Program-made: the position numbers and the translations under genes
Shown here: in pieces, positions 47,239 to 56,221 of the stretch
Layout of the letters: every line of letters starts with the position of its first letter
How positions within the stretch are numbered: the stretch's first letter is position 1
Source of the DNA: a virus
Taxonomy: Duplodnaviria; Heunggongvirae; Uroviricota; Caudoviricetes
Reading direction: 5' to 3' (one strand)
DNA length: 64,000 nucleotides
Virus record (IMG/VR): IMGVR_UViG_3300025678_000001
The notes under the pieces: model-generated
Told to the model about the DNA's origin: nothing
Database searches by the model: none
The model's input: the letters and a program-made list of their open reading frames with translations, nothing else

Positions 47239-47970
47239 ATGAAACATTCTAAAGTCGTAGGCCAGATCTACGAAACAACCAATTATGAAATGTTCAAAAA
47301 ACGCAGTGACAACCGTCAGCTGAAAGAACACATCGTAAAAGAAAGAATGGAAAGCATCAAGCAGATTGGCCAACAAGATGCTATCAAGGTTTCTAAAGAC
47401 TTTATGGTAGACGACGGCCAACATCGGTTGGAAGCTTGCAGAAGGCTTCAAAAACCGGTAAAATATACTTTCCAGGAAGAGCCGCTCAGTACTCACGAGC
47501 TGGCCACCTTGCAGACACAATCTTCCCGGTGGAAGGTTGAAGACCACGCTCAATCTTTCCTGTCAAAAGGAATTGAAGACTACAGACTTTATAACCTGTT
47601 TGTAAAACTCTATCCTGAGTTCAACCACAGTGTTGCGTTAGTTCTTCTGACCAATACGATCAGCAGAAACCGTCACACTGAAGAACAATTCAAGATCGGA
47701 ACATTCAAAGTGAAAAGCTATACGAAAGCCGTTAAGCTGGCAGATCAGCTTAGAAAAATAGGTGAGTACTATGAAGGCTATGTTCGTAATGGATTTATCC
47801 AGGCATTTCTGACTTTGGCTGAACATCCGGACTTTGAGTTCAACCGGTTACTCCGGAAGATTCCTAAGCGTAGGAAAGAACTGATGGACTTCTCTAAAGC
47901 AGAGGATTACATCCAAACACTGGAACATATGTACAACTGGAAAGAAACCAAGAAAGTACAGTTTACATAA
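47239..47970 (+). CDS. ParB-like nuclease domain protein
   Basis: DGQHRLEA motif (ParB/Srx DGxHR) in a 243-aa ORF. Confidence 0.5.
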   Translation: MKHSKVVGQIYETTNYEMFKKRSDNRQLKEHIVKERMESIKQIGQQDAIKVSKDFMVDDGQHRLEACRRLQKPVKYTFQEEPLSTHELATLQTQSSRWKVEDHAQSFLSKGIEDYRLYNLFVKLYPEFNHSVALVLLTNTISRNRHTEEQFKIGTFKVKSYTKAVKLADQLRKIGEYYEGYVRNGFIQAFLTLAEHPDFEFNRLLRKIPKRRKELMDFSKAEDYIQTLEHMYNWKETKKVQFT

Positions 47971-48005
47971 TCCAGCTTCAACAACTTTTAAAACCTCAAT
48001 CGTCT

Positions 48006-48227
48006 ATGCGTAAACTAATCTTAGAGATCCTGGTAGCACTGGTAACACTTTGTGTGACTGTTAATGCGGTGTACTACCTGGGAGATATCCTCTCCGGAAA
48101 AATCAACTTCCTCATCATGTTTGTGGTACTGTTTGCTCTCGGAGTTTGTGTCATAGCATCAGTTTACGTTCTGATGAGAGTGGTTAAAACCTATTCTCAA
48201 ACTGTAAAAAAACAAAGTAAGTCATGA
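48006..48227 (+). CDS. small membrane protein, translationally coupled to the SPFH gene
   Basis: 73-aa two-TM ORF; its stop overlaps the next start (ATGA). Confidence 0.45.
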   Translation: MRKLILEILVALVTLCVTVNAVYYLGDILSGKINFLIMFVVLFALGVCVIASVYVLMRVVKTYSQTVKKQSKS

Positions 48228-49210
48228 TTTTCCTCATCACCCTCATCTTGTCACTCGGCCTTTTAGGTCTGATGTTCGGGATCTTCAATTTCAACAACTA
48301 CGTTAAAGTAGTCAAAAAAGAAGTAAACTACGGTAGCAGAACCCAAACTATTGAAGAAGAACAAGTCAACGTTGCTCAGATCATTAAGACAGCAGCCGTT
48401 GTTCTCTTCTGTATCATCGCATCTGCTGTAAATCCTCTTTCCCTGCAGCGTATTGACGCCGGTAATGTGGGTCTTAAGATCGACAAAGTCGGTAACATGA
48501 AAGGTATCCCTACCGCTATCCCGGTAAAGGGTTGGGTATTCTATAATGACTGGACTACAGACATCGTAGAGTATTCTATCCGCCAGGGTCACGTACAGTA
48601 TGAAGCATTCGATGTAACTACCAAAGGTGGTTTCAACATCAAGGTAAACCCGAGCTTCAACTTTGCCCTGAAACCTGAGAAAGCCGCGGACGTCTATATC
48701 AACCTGCTGAAAGGTGGAAGCTTCTCCAGTCTTACTGATAACTGGATCAAGACAGCTACCAACATCGCCATGAATAATGCTACGAATAAGTATACCATTG
48801 ACAGCATCTTCAACAACCGGGAACACTATCAACAGGATATCATCAAAGAGCTCAACAAAGAAATGAGTGCTTACTTTACTGTGTCCCAGATCAATCCTGG
48901 TGTTGTCCCGCCTCCGGAACTGGCTAACGTAATCAAGCAGAAAACTGAAACTATTCAGAAAGCACAACAGGCTGAGCTTGACCGTATTACAGCTGAGAAC
49001 GAAGCTCTTACAAAGATCGCTACGGCTCGTGGTGACTCAGCTCAGGCTGTGATCCAGGCTGCAGGTAGGGCCGAAGCTATCAAGCGTGAACAACAGACTC
49101 TTACACCCTTATACATCGAGTATATCAAAACTCAGAAGTGGAACGGTGATGTACCCAGTACTGTGTTAGGTAACTCCAACGGGTTCATGATCAACCTCAA
49201 TAACAAGTAA
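48224..49210 (+). CDS. SPFH/band-7 (prohibitin/HflK-like) domain protein
   Basis: N-terminal TM, SPFH-like core, C-terminal A/E/Q-rich coiled coil (QKAQQAELDRITAENEALTKIATARGDSAQAVIQAAGRAEAIKREQQ). Confidence 0.6.
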   Translation: MIFLITLILSLGLLGLMFGIFNFNNYVKVVKKEVNYGSRTQTIEEEQVNVAQIIKTAAVVLFCIIASAVNPLSLQRIDAGNVGLKIDKVGNMKGIPTAIPVKGWVFYNDWTTDIVEYSIRQGHVQYEAFDVTTKGGFNIKVNPSFNFALKPEKAADVYINLLKGGSFSSLTDNWIKTATNIAMNNATNKYTIDSIFNNREHYQQDIIKELNKEMSAYFTVSQINPGVVPPPELANVIKQKTETIQKAQQAELDRITAENEALTKIATARGDSAQAVIQAAGRAEAIKREQQTLTPLYIEYIKTQKWNGDVPSTVLGNSNGFMINLNNK

Positions 49211-49265
49211 CAAAGAGCCGGGTAAAACCGGCTCCCTTCATATCACCCTAAAAAATACTACTGCT

Positions 49266-49505
49266 ATGTGGTTTAACAGCAAGCCCCAAGACAGTGTCCT
49301 GGAACTCCAGGATCGTTCTAAAAACGTGGTGGACGTGTTTACAAGAACCGTTGAAGATCTGAAACAGATTAACCACGATATCCAGAATCTTTCTGAGAAG
49401 AAAGAACAAGAAAAAGCCAAGTTGGAAGGTGAACTGGCTACCCTGGATGGCCAGAAGGTTTCCAACAACAAAGTCATCGAGAAGATCAACAAGATCTTTG
49501 AGTAA
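49266..49505 (+). CDS. small coiled-coil protein
   Basis: 79-aa E/K-rich ORF. Confidence 0.4.
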   Translation: MWFNSKPQDSVLELQDRSKNVVDVFTRTVEDLKQINHDIQNLSEKKEQEKAKLEGELATLDGQKVSNNKVIEKINKIFE

Positions 49506-49519
49506 CCCAAACTAAAAGC

Positions 49520-49825
49520 ATGGAAAAAAGACGTGTAGGAGCAATCCTCTCCTCTTCAGAAAACGAAGTTCGGTTTCTGGGATATGGATGGTACGTCGGT
49601 GATCACGTACCTGAATACAAAGAAGGTGCAGGTATGAGAAACTTGATGAGTAAGATGGATATGACCAACCCCAAAATCGAATTGGACAACGGTACCGTTG
49701 TATACGGCTGTGAATGCTGGTGGGGTCCGGAAGAAAAGATCAAAGAGCATATGGAAGGTCGTAATGTAGTTGAAGTAAGCATCGAAGAACTCTTCGGTCC
49801 TGAACCTGCAGCACAACCTGAATGA
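49520..49825 (+). CDS. hypothetical protein
   Basis: 101-aa ORF. Confidence 0.45.
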   Translation: MEKRRVGAILSSSENEVRFLGYGWYVGDHVPEYKEGAGMRNLMSKMDMTNPKIELDNGTVVYGCECWWGPEEKIKEHMEGRNVVEVSIEELFGPEPAAQPE

Positions 49826-50013
49826 TCTGATACTGAGAGCTAGTAAGTAATCTATGGGGAAGTCCGTCGAACAGTTTTTCACTTAGTACCGTCCCCGTGT
49901 GATAATAGGCGTAGCCGGTCTGGGAACCGTGCATAAACCCAGTAGATCCACTCGAAGTAGTGTGAAAGCTATCCTCAGTATAGACCTTGGCTTGGAACAC
50001 TTGTGCCAGTAAA

Positions 50014-50086
50014 CAGGTGTACTCAGGGAGTAGCTCAGATAGGAGAGCATCCGGGCGACCCCCGGAAGGTCGGTGGTGCAAGTCCA
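50014..50086 (+). ncRNA. degenerate tRNA-like element
   Basis: canonical D-arm TAGCTCAGATAGGAGAGCA and T-stem GGTGG/CCACC, acceptor 6 of 7 pairs, but anticodon loop GCGACCC (C33) and T-loop TGCAAGT are non-canonical. Confidence 0.3.
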
Positions 50087-50113
50087 CCCTTCCTAACTAA
50101 ACCAAAGAAACCT

Positions 50114-50914
50114 ATGAGTTACGCCATTAAACTTTTATTCTTTTTAGGTAGTTGTATTCTTGCATTTGTAGCCGGTAGGCTTACAAGCAGTCTGTCTTAC
50201 CACTGGAGTCAAGTGGATGGGCCGAATCAGGCCGTTATAGTTTCACCCAATGACAGTACCACACAAGTCAACGGTTTGGTACAGGGTGTCTATCATTTTG
50301 AGTTAGCAGTTACCGACCCTCAAGGAGCTACAGGACGGGATACCATGATGGTTACCGTACTTCCTGGAGTTCTTCCTATCAAACTGGTTTACTTCAAAGC
50401 GTACCCGCTGGCTGATGTAAACATGATCAAGTGGAAAACATCTGAAGAGATAAACATAAAAGAGTTTATCCTGGAATCCTCTACAGACGGTGTTCATTTT
50501 TACGGTCTCTATCATACGTTTGCTATCGGAGCTACACCAACCTCTCCTTCTGAGTATGACTATGAACATAAGTTCCCAGGAAGAGAGCAGTATTACAGAC
50601 TTAAGTCTATTGAGACATCTGGTACTTATACATACAGTGATGTTGTAAAAGTAACCAGATCTATTTCGACATCTATTTGGTCAAACAACCCTGTTACATC
50701 GACTCTTAATGTTACCATAAACGTAGATAATGCTACTACAGCTAACTTCTACATTTATGATGCTACCGGAAGAAGAATGGCATTCTATACGTACAATCTA
50801 AGTCCTGGTAAGAACAGTTTCAGTTATCATACTGGTCAGTATGCTTCTGGTCTGTATATCATTAAAGTTGACGTAGGAGGTATTATCTCAACCAAAAAAT
50901 TCGTCAAACAATGA
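50114..50914 (+). CDS. secreted protein with Ig/PKD-like domain and a Type IX secretion system C-terminal sorting domain
   Basis: signal peptide MSYAIKLLFFLGSCILAFVAG; C-terminus ...NSFSYHTGQYASGLYIIKVDVGGIISTKKFVKQ matches the Por/T9SS CTD pattern; the ORF-track start at 50003 is rejected because it lies within a tRNA-like element. Confidence 0.65.
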   Translation: MSYAIKLLFFLGSCILAFVAGRLTSSLSYHWSQVDGPNQAVIVSPNDSTTQVNGLVQGVYHFELAVTDPQGATGRDTMMVTVLPGVLPIKLVYFKAYPLADVNMIKWKTSEEINIKEFILESSTDGVHFYGLYHTFAIGATPTSPSEYDYEHKFPGREQYYRLKSIETSGTYTYSDVVKVTRSISTSIWSNNPVTSTLNVTINVDNATTANFYIYDATGRRMAFYTYNLSPGKNSFSYHTGQYASGLYIIKVDVGGIISTKKFVKQ

Positions 50915-51174
50915 ACCCTCATGCTTTAATAACCTTTATCGTTTGTATAGGAGGTTTTCTTTGGCTTGTTACATCCAGTACTATCGTTGTTCTATGCAAG
51001 CCACAGCTTCCCAAGCTTTGGTGGTATAAAAACTGGTTACTTATTGTACAGGTACTCTGTGCTTTTATACTACTTCTGATGGGACTTCAGAAAGCTTCTC
51101 AAGATGTTGGATTCAAAGAAGACAAACCTCAATACGAACAAATCAATGAACCTTTATACAGATTAAAACAGTAA
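50911..51174 (+). CDS. small membrane protein
   Basis: 87-aa ORF with two TM helices. Confidence 0.4.
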   Translation: MNPHALITFIVCIGGFLWLVTSSTIVVLCKPQLPKLWWYKNWLLIVQVLCAFILLLMGLQKASQDVGFKEDKPQYEQINEPLYRLKQ

Positions 51175-51186
51175 AACGAAACACAC

Positions 51187-51585
51187 ATGAAAAAGCTCTT
51201 CTTTATCCTTTGTCTGACAGTAGGATCTCTTATGGCAAACGCCCAACACGTTACTGTTGAACCCCACGTTGTAGTGGAACCGCATGTAACCCCTGTTGAA
51301 CACGTTACTCCGGTCACAGAACATGCTGTACCGGTAGAACATTTCACGCCCAGTCATCCATATTCAGCATCCGAAGAATACCACCCGGTATATAATGGTG
51401 GTGTCTGGTTTGCCCTGATCCATAACCACCAGACCGGTAATACCGATACTGTAAAGGCATCCTCTAAGAATGAACTGGATAAGATGATCCAGGATAAAAC
51501 GGTAGATGAAGATGAAGGACGTACCGGAGCAATGCTCTTGGTACTGGTTATTCTTTTATTTGTTCTTGGTCTGTTCTTTTTATAA
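51187..51585 (+). CDS. secreted repeat protein with C-terminal membrane anchor
   Basis: signal peptide MKKLFFILCLTVGSLMANAQ, HVTVEPHVVVEPHVTPVEHVTPVTEHAVPVEH repeats, C-terminal TM. Confidence 0.5.
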   Translation: MKKLFFILCLTVGSLMANAQHVTVEPHVVVEPHVTPVEHVTPVTEHAVPVEHFTPSHPYSASEEYHPVYNGGVWFALIHNHQTGNTDTVKASSKNELDKMIQDKTVDEDEGRTGAMLLVLVILLFVLGLFFL

Positions 51586-51592
51586 CCACCAT

Positions 51593-51901
51593 ATGAAAAA
51601 ACAAATCATTGTTACGATCCCGGATAATCCGGATTATAGAGTTGTAGCCGACTTTGGTACTTTCAACAATGTGATTGAAGACGTCTGGTTCTTTGTACTT
51701 CAAAAACGAGAGTATCGGAAAAAGTGGGGGTTCTTTGGTAAACCTCAACCACGATGGATCGAAGTAGATTCCAGATGGACGTCTGACGATTTTACAACGT
51801 CTTCAAAAGTATACAAATATGCTTTTGAACTCTATGATTTACTCGTAGGGAAACGTCTCAACAGAGCCCGTAACGCACAGGAGATAGAACGTTCACTATA
51901 A
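51593..51901 (+). CDS. hypothetical protein
   Basis: in-frame Met (MKKQIIVT) of ORF 51506-51901 just after the upstream stop. Confidence 0.4.
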   Translation: MKKQIIVTIPDNPDYRVVADFGTFNNVIEDVWFFVLQKREYRKKWGFFGKPQPRWIEVDSRWTSDDFTTSSKVYKYAFELYDLLVGKRLNRARNAQEIERSL

Positions 51902-52140
51902 ACTTCTTAATACCTGCTGAAAGCAAAACAACTGAAACCAAGTATCCGCCGGTAGTAGCGGTTTAAACAGTGAGTACACTTACCTTGGTTAATTCAGAAC
52001 CCCTACCAAGAGGGAGTTGTTTGTGGACAGATACTCTGATAAGTAAAGCCTCTTGGACTCAAACTCCAACGTAACGTAAGGATAAAGTATTCACACACTT
52101 GGAGTGACAGGTATTAACTTCTAAAACCCTTAACAAGCAT

Positions 52141-52596
52141 ATGGCTACTAAAAAGAAAGCTGCTAAAAAGAAAGCAGCGTACAAACCACTGAACCCTACG
52201 TTCTTTAAACAGGTTACAGTATCGGAGCTTGACTGGTCAAAAGTTCCTGTTGGTACAAAAGTGACAGCAAAAGTAGACCGAACAATCATTACTGGAAGGA
52301 TCTACAAAGAAGATAAAGAGATTTTGATCTGTCACAATAACAGAAACAAAGACTGCTATACAGAAGGTTTATTAGGATATAAATACTCTGTTAACATTGG
52401 AACCGGTTCTCCTGTTGATCTTAAACACAACGAAGTTCAGATCCTGGAACTTGAACGTGATCCTAACTGGGTAGCACCAGTTCAGATCTTTATTGACGGG
52501 GATGCTATCATCTTCGGAAAAGGTAAGATCAGAGTGGGATGTACCACCGTTAAAAACGAAGTTGTCAGAGAGATAGCAAAGAATCTCGTTGACTAA
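52141..52596 (+). CDS. hypothetical protein with Lys/Ala-rich N-terminus
   Basis: 151-aa ORF starting MATKKKAAKKKAAYK. Confidence 0.5.
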   Translation: MATKKKAAKKKAAYKPLNPTFFKQVTVSELDWSKVPVGTKVTAKVDRTIITGRIYKEDKEILICHNNRNKDCYTEGLLGYKYSVNIGTGSPVDLKHNEVQILELERDPNWVAPVQIFIDGDAIIFGKGKIRVGCTTVKNEVVREIAKNLVD

Positions 52597-53290
52597 TAAG
52601 CTTGTAAAGTATGTAGTCTTCCAGTGACATGAGGACGGTAAGATGTATCGGTTAATAACCAGAGTCTTACGAGTAAGTCACCTTTACATGATCAGGCTAA
52701 ACATTGAAGCCTTTGTACGCTGCTCGACGACATTTGTAACGTGAGTCAGACTGCATAAAGATAACAACCCTGAATGAACAGGGTGTAGATAACCTTAAAG
52801 CAATAAGAGGTGAGAAAAGTACCTTGAGGGTCTAAGAACGATGGACACTTTTATAGTGCACCAGTTTCCCGCCAGAGTAAGGACGGAGGGACTAAGACTA
52901 TATCTTTCAAAATCTATGGAGTAATCCTGTACGTGTTGTTCCCTTGAGAAAGGAAGGGTTACGTGGATGAGCGTGGTTAAGAGCCTACCCCCAACAACAC
53001 GAATGAGTTTTCAGCAAGTAGTTATGAGGAGGAGATTAAGATTCTCTATCAGGTACAGAAGCCAAAGCGGAGTGCTCTGTTAGGTAAATGGGATGCTTGA
53101 GTAAGCCGTTATATTAAAGCATCGGTAATAACTACACGACCCTACTCTTATAGAAGACTGAGGCTTGATAAGAGCCCATCCTCACTGAAATATGACCAGA
53201 CCTCTTTTACATGACCAAGTTTGTAGAAGAAGGGTACTGTAAGGAGTCATTACTATAAGACAAGAGGGTGCTAGTGATTTACAAGGAACA

Positions 53291-53956
53291 ATGACGCATT
53301 ACGGCCTGGGTCTTTACCCGGGCCTCTTTTTCTTAATCCAAAAAACCAGAAACATGAGTCAAAAGGAAGACTTGAGTATAGCCGGATCAGGTAGTCCAAT
53401 CTCACTTAAAAAGTTCTTACTAAAACATCCTGATGCCAAACCTCTGACTGTCTTGGTTGACGGTACAGGGTTAGGTATAGCTAAGGATGATTCAGGTACA
53501 ATATACATCACTCGTGAAGATTGTGCCCAACAAGCCCTGTACTACTGTAAAGAAGTATTTGATGGAGTAAGAGTTCCTGCTTACCTATTCAGGTACCTGA
53601 ACTACATGATGTTTGATGACGAGCGTTGGAATGACGATAAACAAGTAGCCCAGGCTTTCATTGACGGTACAGTAAACGATCAGTCAGAAGAGTACCTCCG
53701 GGTCAAAAACTTCTTGACCTATGCAGAACACAATCCAGAAGGATTACAGGTCATAGGTCTTATTCAGCTTATTGGAGGTAGTCTGAACATGGCTCGTAAA
53801 CGTAACTCAGGTATCCGGATCTATCTTGAACACCCTGAGACAGCCTTGCATCCAAAAAGACAATCACGTTTTATAAGCTTGTTTTACAAGCTTCAAAAAG
53901 ATTATGGTTATGAGGAGGTTCAACCAGCGCATGACGTGGATGGTGACCAAGACTAG
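53291..53956 (+). CDS. hypothetical protein (may start at 53354, MSQKEDL)
   Basis: 221-aa ORF after a 0.7-kb ORF-free region. Confidence 0.45.
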   Translation: MTHYGLGLYPGLFFLIQKTRNMSQKEDLSIAGSGSPISLKKFLLKHPDAKPLTVLVDGTGLGIAKDDSGTIYITREDCAQQALYYCKEVFDGVRVPAYLFRYLNYMMFDDERWNDDKQVAQAFIDGTVNDQSEEYLRVKNFLTYAEHNPEGLQVIGLIQLIGGSLNMARKRNSGIRIYLEHPETALHPKRQSRFISLFYKLQKDYGYEEVQPAHDVDGDQD

Positions 53957-54000
53957 TAACCATAGTCTTTTTTAACAAATCTAAAACCCCTTTACATACA

Positions 54001-54336
54001 ATGAAAAAGATCATCTTTTCAATCTTAACAGCAGTAGTACTGCTGAGTGCATGTGAAACATCTGAAGGTATCAAAGCTGGTACCTTACAGAAAGTAAGTC
54101 ATAAGACCTTCCCCTGCTCCTACTATGTAGCGGAGTTTGCATTTGAAGGTGGCCGGGCATCTGGTTCTAACGACTCAAAAGCTTACGCGAACACCCAGGA
54201 AGTGGAAATCACTAAAGAAGCTTTTGACAGCCTCCAGAACCTGGTAGGAAGCCGTGTACGGTTCTCCTACAAAGACGAAGGTTTCAAGGCGTGTGCTCCG
54301 AATAAAAAACTGGAGACACTGGCTGTCATTAAATGA
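54001..54336 (+). CDS. lipoprotein
   Basis: MKKIIFSILTAVVLLSAC lipobox signal peptide. Confidence 0.5.
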   Translation: MKKIIFSILTAVVLLSACETSEGIKAGTLQKVSHKTFPCSYYVAEFAFEGGRASGSNDSKAYANTQEVEITKEAFDSLQNLVGSRVRFSYKDEGFKACAPNKKLETLAVIK

Positions 54337-54689
54337 TCAAACCGGTTGGGTAGCACAAACACAGAAACTGTCCAAATGTTGTACAACTCTGTATGAACAT
54401 CTGAGCCAAGTAGTGCGTCGGTGTCCAAAGCCGAAGATGATGGGGTAGGTCCATCCCTGGCCACACGTTCCGAAACATGACAACGGATAGTACCATCCTG
54501 TATGATGAGAAGCAGAGTGATGTCTGTATGGATAAGTGACAACTTCTTTGAAAGTTGTGGGCCGACAGCCTGAGATCTGTGATCTTAAAAGTCTAGTCCT
54601 AACTCACCTAGAAAAAACAGCAGGGAGGGGATAACCCTCTGTGAGGACAGCCACGGTACTTGCAAGCTGGATAAATTAGAGTACCACAC

Positions 54690-54810
54690 GGGCTTATTAG
54701 TTCAGTGGCAGAACACCGGGTCCGATGAGGCGGCTTTTATTAAGGTTATTGCAACCCCAAAAGAAAACCGAAACCCCGGGAGGTCACCAGTTCAAATCTG
54801 GTATAAGCCC
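54690..54810 (+). tRNA. tRNA-like gene with a ~47-nt structured insertion replacing the anticodon loop
   Basis: G(-1)+GGCTTAT acceptor pairing with ATAAGCC+C73, D-arm TA-GTTC-AGTGGCA-GAAC, T-arm ACCAG-TTCAAAT-CTGGT, anticodon stem CCGGG/CCCGG flanking 54 nt containing its own hairpin. Confidence 0.45.
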
Positions 54811-54844
54811 CTATAAACAAACACTTTAAATTAGTCTAAAGCTT

Positions 54845-55084
54845 ATGAAAGTCTTATTCGGAAAGATGCCCAGTAAGTTGATCGTACGTTTGAAGATAGC
54901 ACTGGGTATCTTTACTATCTGTACGATCTTTGGGATTATAGGGTACTTTGTACCTTCTTCAAAGCCTCCCTTACTTAGAACATTTGCTGCGTTCATCCTA
55001 CCACTTGCTTGTCTAACAGCAGTTCTGATCTTGTTTAAGATCATGGAATTTATCCTGTGGTGTTTTGATTGTAAGCCCAGGTAA
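54845..55084 (+). CDS. small membrane protein (hypothetical)
   Basis: 79-aa ORF with two TM helices, downstream of the tRNA-like gene. Confidence 0.3.
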   Translation: MKVLFGKMPSKLIVRLKIALGIFTICTIFGIIGYFVPSSKPPLLRTFAAFILPLACLTAVLILFKIMEFILWCFDCKPR

Positions 55085-55498
55085 AAATATAGTACAGAGG
55101 AGGTAGGCTTGGAAGTAGCCATAAGGTAGAACCTTACTCTTGGGTTGAGGCTGGCTGAGATCAGATATACATCTAAGAGTCCTTTAAAGAGTTGCAAGTA
55201 GGACCCGTAACTGATTATGTGACGACTAAAAGTGGTAAAACTACAGGAGATATAGTCCTGATGAAAAGAAGTAAGCGTCAATAGGACTGAGTAGCTGGAT
55301 TATTATACACTCCTTAGAGCATTTGGTGTAACAACACACTCTGTACTTTTTTCTTAGCTCCGGGGATCACACCATCCGTCAATCTGGTTGTGTTATGTTT
55401 AAGCAAGCTTAAAAGAGCAGCTCCATTGGTCTGTTTACTGTCTGGTGAGCTCAGACTTTAAAAAGTAGAATGGGTCAACTGGAAAAGCTGCAGAAATA

Positions 55499-55530
55499 TT
55501 TGTAGAACTCCTAAAAAAGTTCTATATTTG
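55499..55530 (+). promoter_or_regulatory. Bacteroidetes-type promoter (-33 TTTG within TTTGTAGAAC, N20, -7 TATATTTG) driving the tmRNA-like gene
   Basis: TTTG at 55499-55502, TATATTTG at 55523-55530, RNA 5-prime GGGCCCG at 55540. Confidence 0.5.
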
Positions 55531-55539
55531 TTCTACACT

Positions 55540-56195
55540 GGGCCCGTCTGGTTTAGACAGCAGAGTGAGTGGTAACTACACATGTGGACAAAGTAAGAAC
55601 GTCCTAAAATACTTACAAAACAATAAACGCTATGACTAAGTCTGAGCGTGTAGCAGAAGGTGAAGCTATCCTGGCTTCTATCTTCGTTGATGAGGCTGTA
55701 GCAGCCTGATCCTACGGGGGATCTATCCCTGGCAACAGAAAATAGAACTGAAGTCTTATATGAGCATACAGAACTAAACGGGACATATGCCGTAAAGTAA
55801 TCCGTGTATAAGACGTAGAGTGGCTCCCTTAATAGTCTAGGCTGACCTAGAGCATTCTAACTGAAGCATGGTATACAGGGGGTGAAGCCGTGCAACCCAG
55901 CTATGGGTTACCAGAATGATACAGTTACAGATGAGCGTAGTATGTGAAAACATTCAAATAAGTATCTGTTATAAAAAGTATAGTGACTGAATGTTTGGTA
56001 GTAATAGCATGTTTTCCTGGTTATGTCAAAACTAGGTGGTGGAGTAGGCGGTCTTGATTGGACGCCCCCAAACTACGGTGCAGATGAAGTGACGCAGTCT
56101 TTTAGACTTGATCCAAAGTAATCAGTACTAAACATGTAATACGTTGTAGTTATTGACTTCTTTGTTGGACACGAGTTCGATTCTCGTCGGGTCCA
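55540..56195 (+). ncRNA. ssrA: candidate phage-encoded tmRNA (ssrA-like), unusually long (~650 nt)
   Basis: 5-prime GGGCCCG-UCUGGUUUAGAC parallels E. coli tmRNA 5-prime GGGGCUG-AUUCUGGAUUCGAC; 3-prime GGAC-ACGAG-UUCGAUU-CUCGU-CGGGUCC-A parallels GGAC-GCGGG-UUCAACU-CCCGC-CAGCUCC-A; the 5-prime and 3-prime 7-mers pair (one GU); internal frame ...ASIFVDEAVAA followed by UGA at 55707; consensus promoter upstream and rho-independent terminator downstream; no ORF of 60 aa or more. Confidence 0.45.
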
Positions 56196-56221
56196 CTCTC
56201 TCAAAGCTAAGCAATCGTTAG

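Noticed and set aside
50003-50113. N-terminal extension of ORF 50003-50914
   Set aside because: The extension overlaps a tRNA-like structure and lacks a signal peptide. The Met at 50114 begins a clear signal peptide.
55632-55709. 25-aa ORF MTKSERVAEGEAILASIFVDEAVAA as an ordinary small protein
   Set aside because: Possible, but it lacks a convincing upstream translation signal and lies where a tmRNA tag frame is expected. Kept as an alternative under the tmRNA finding.
56170-56196. tRNA 3-prime fragment as an attP site for integration
   Set aside because: No integrase or recombinase ORF is recognisable in the window. The fragment pairs with a 5-prime segment 650 nt upstream in a tmRNA-like arrangement with its own promoter and terminator.
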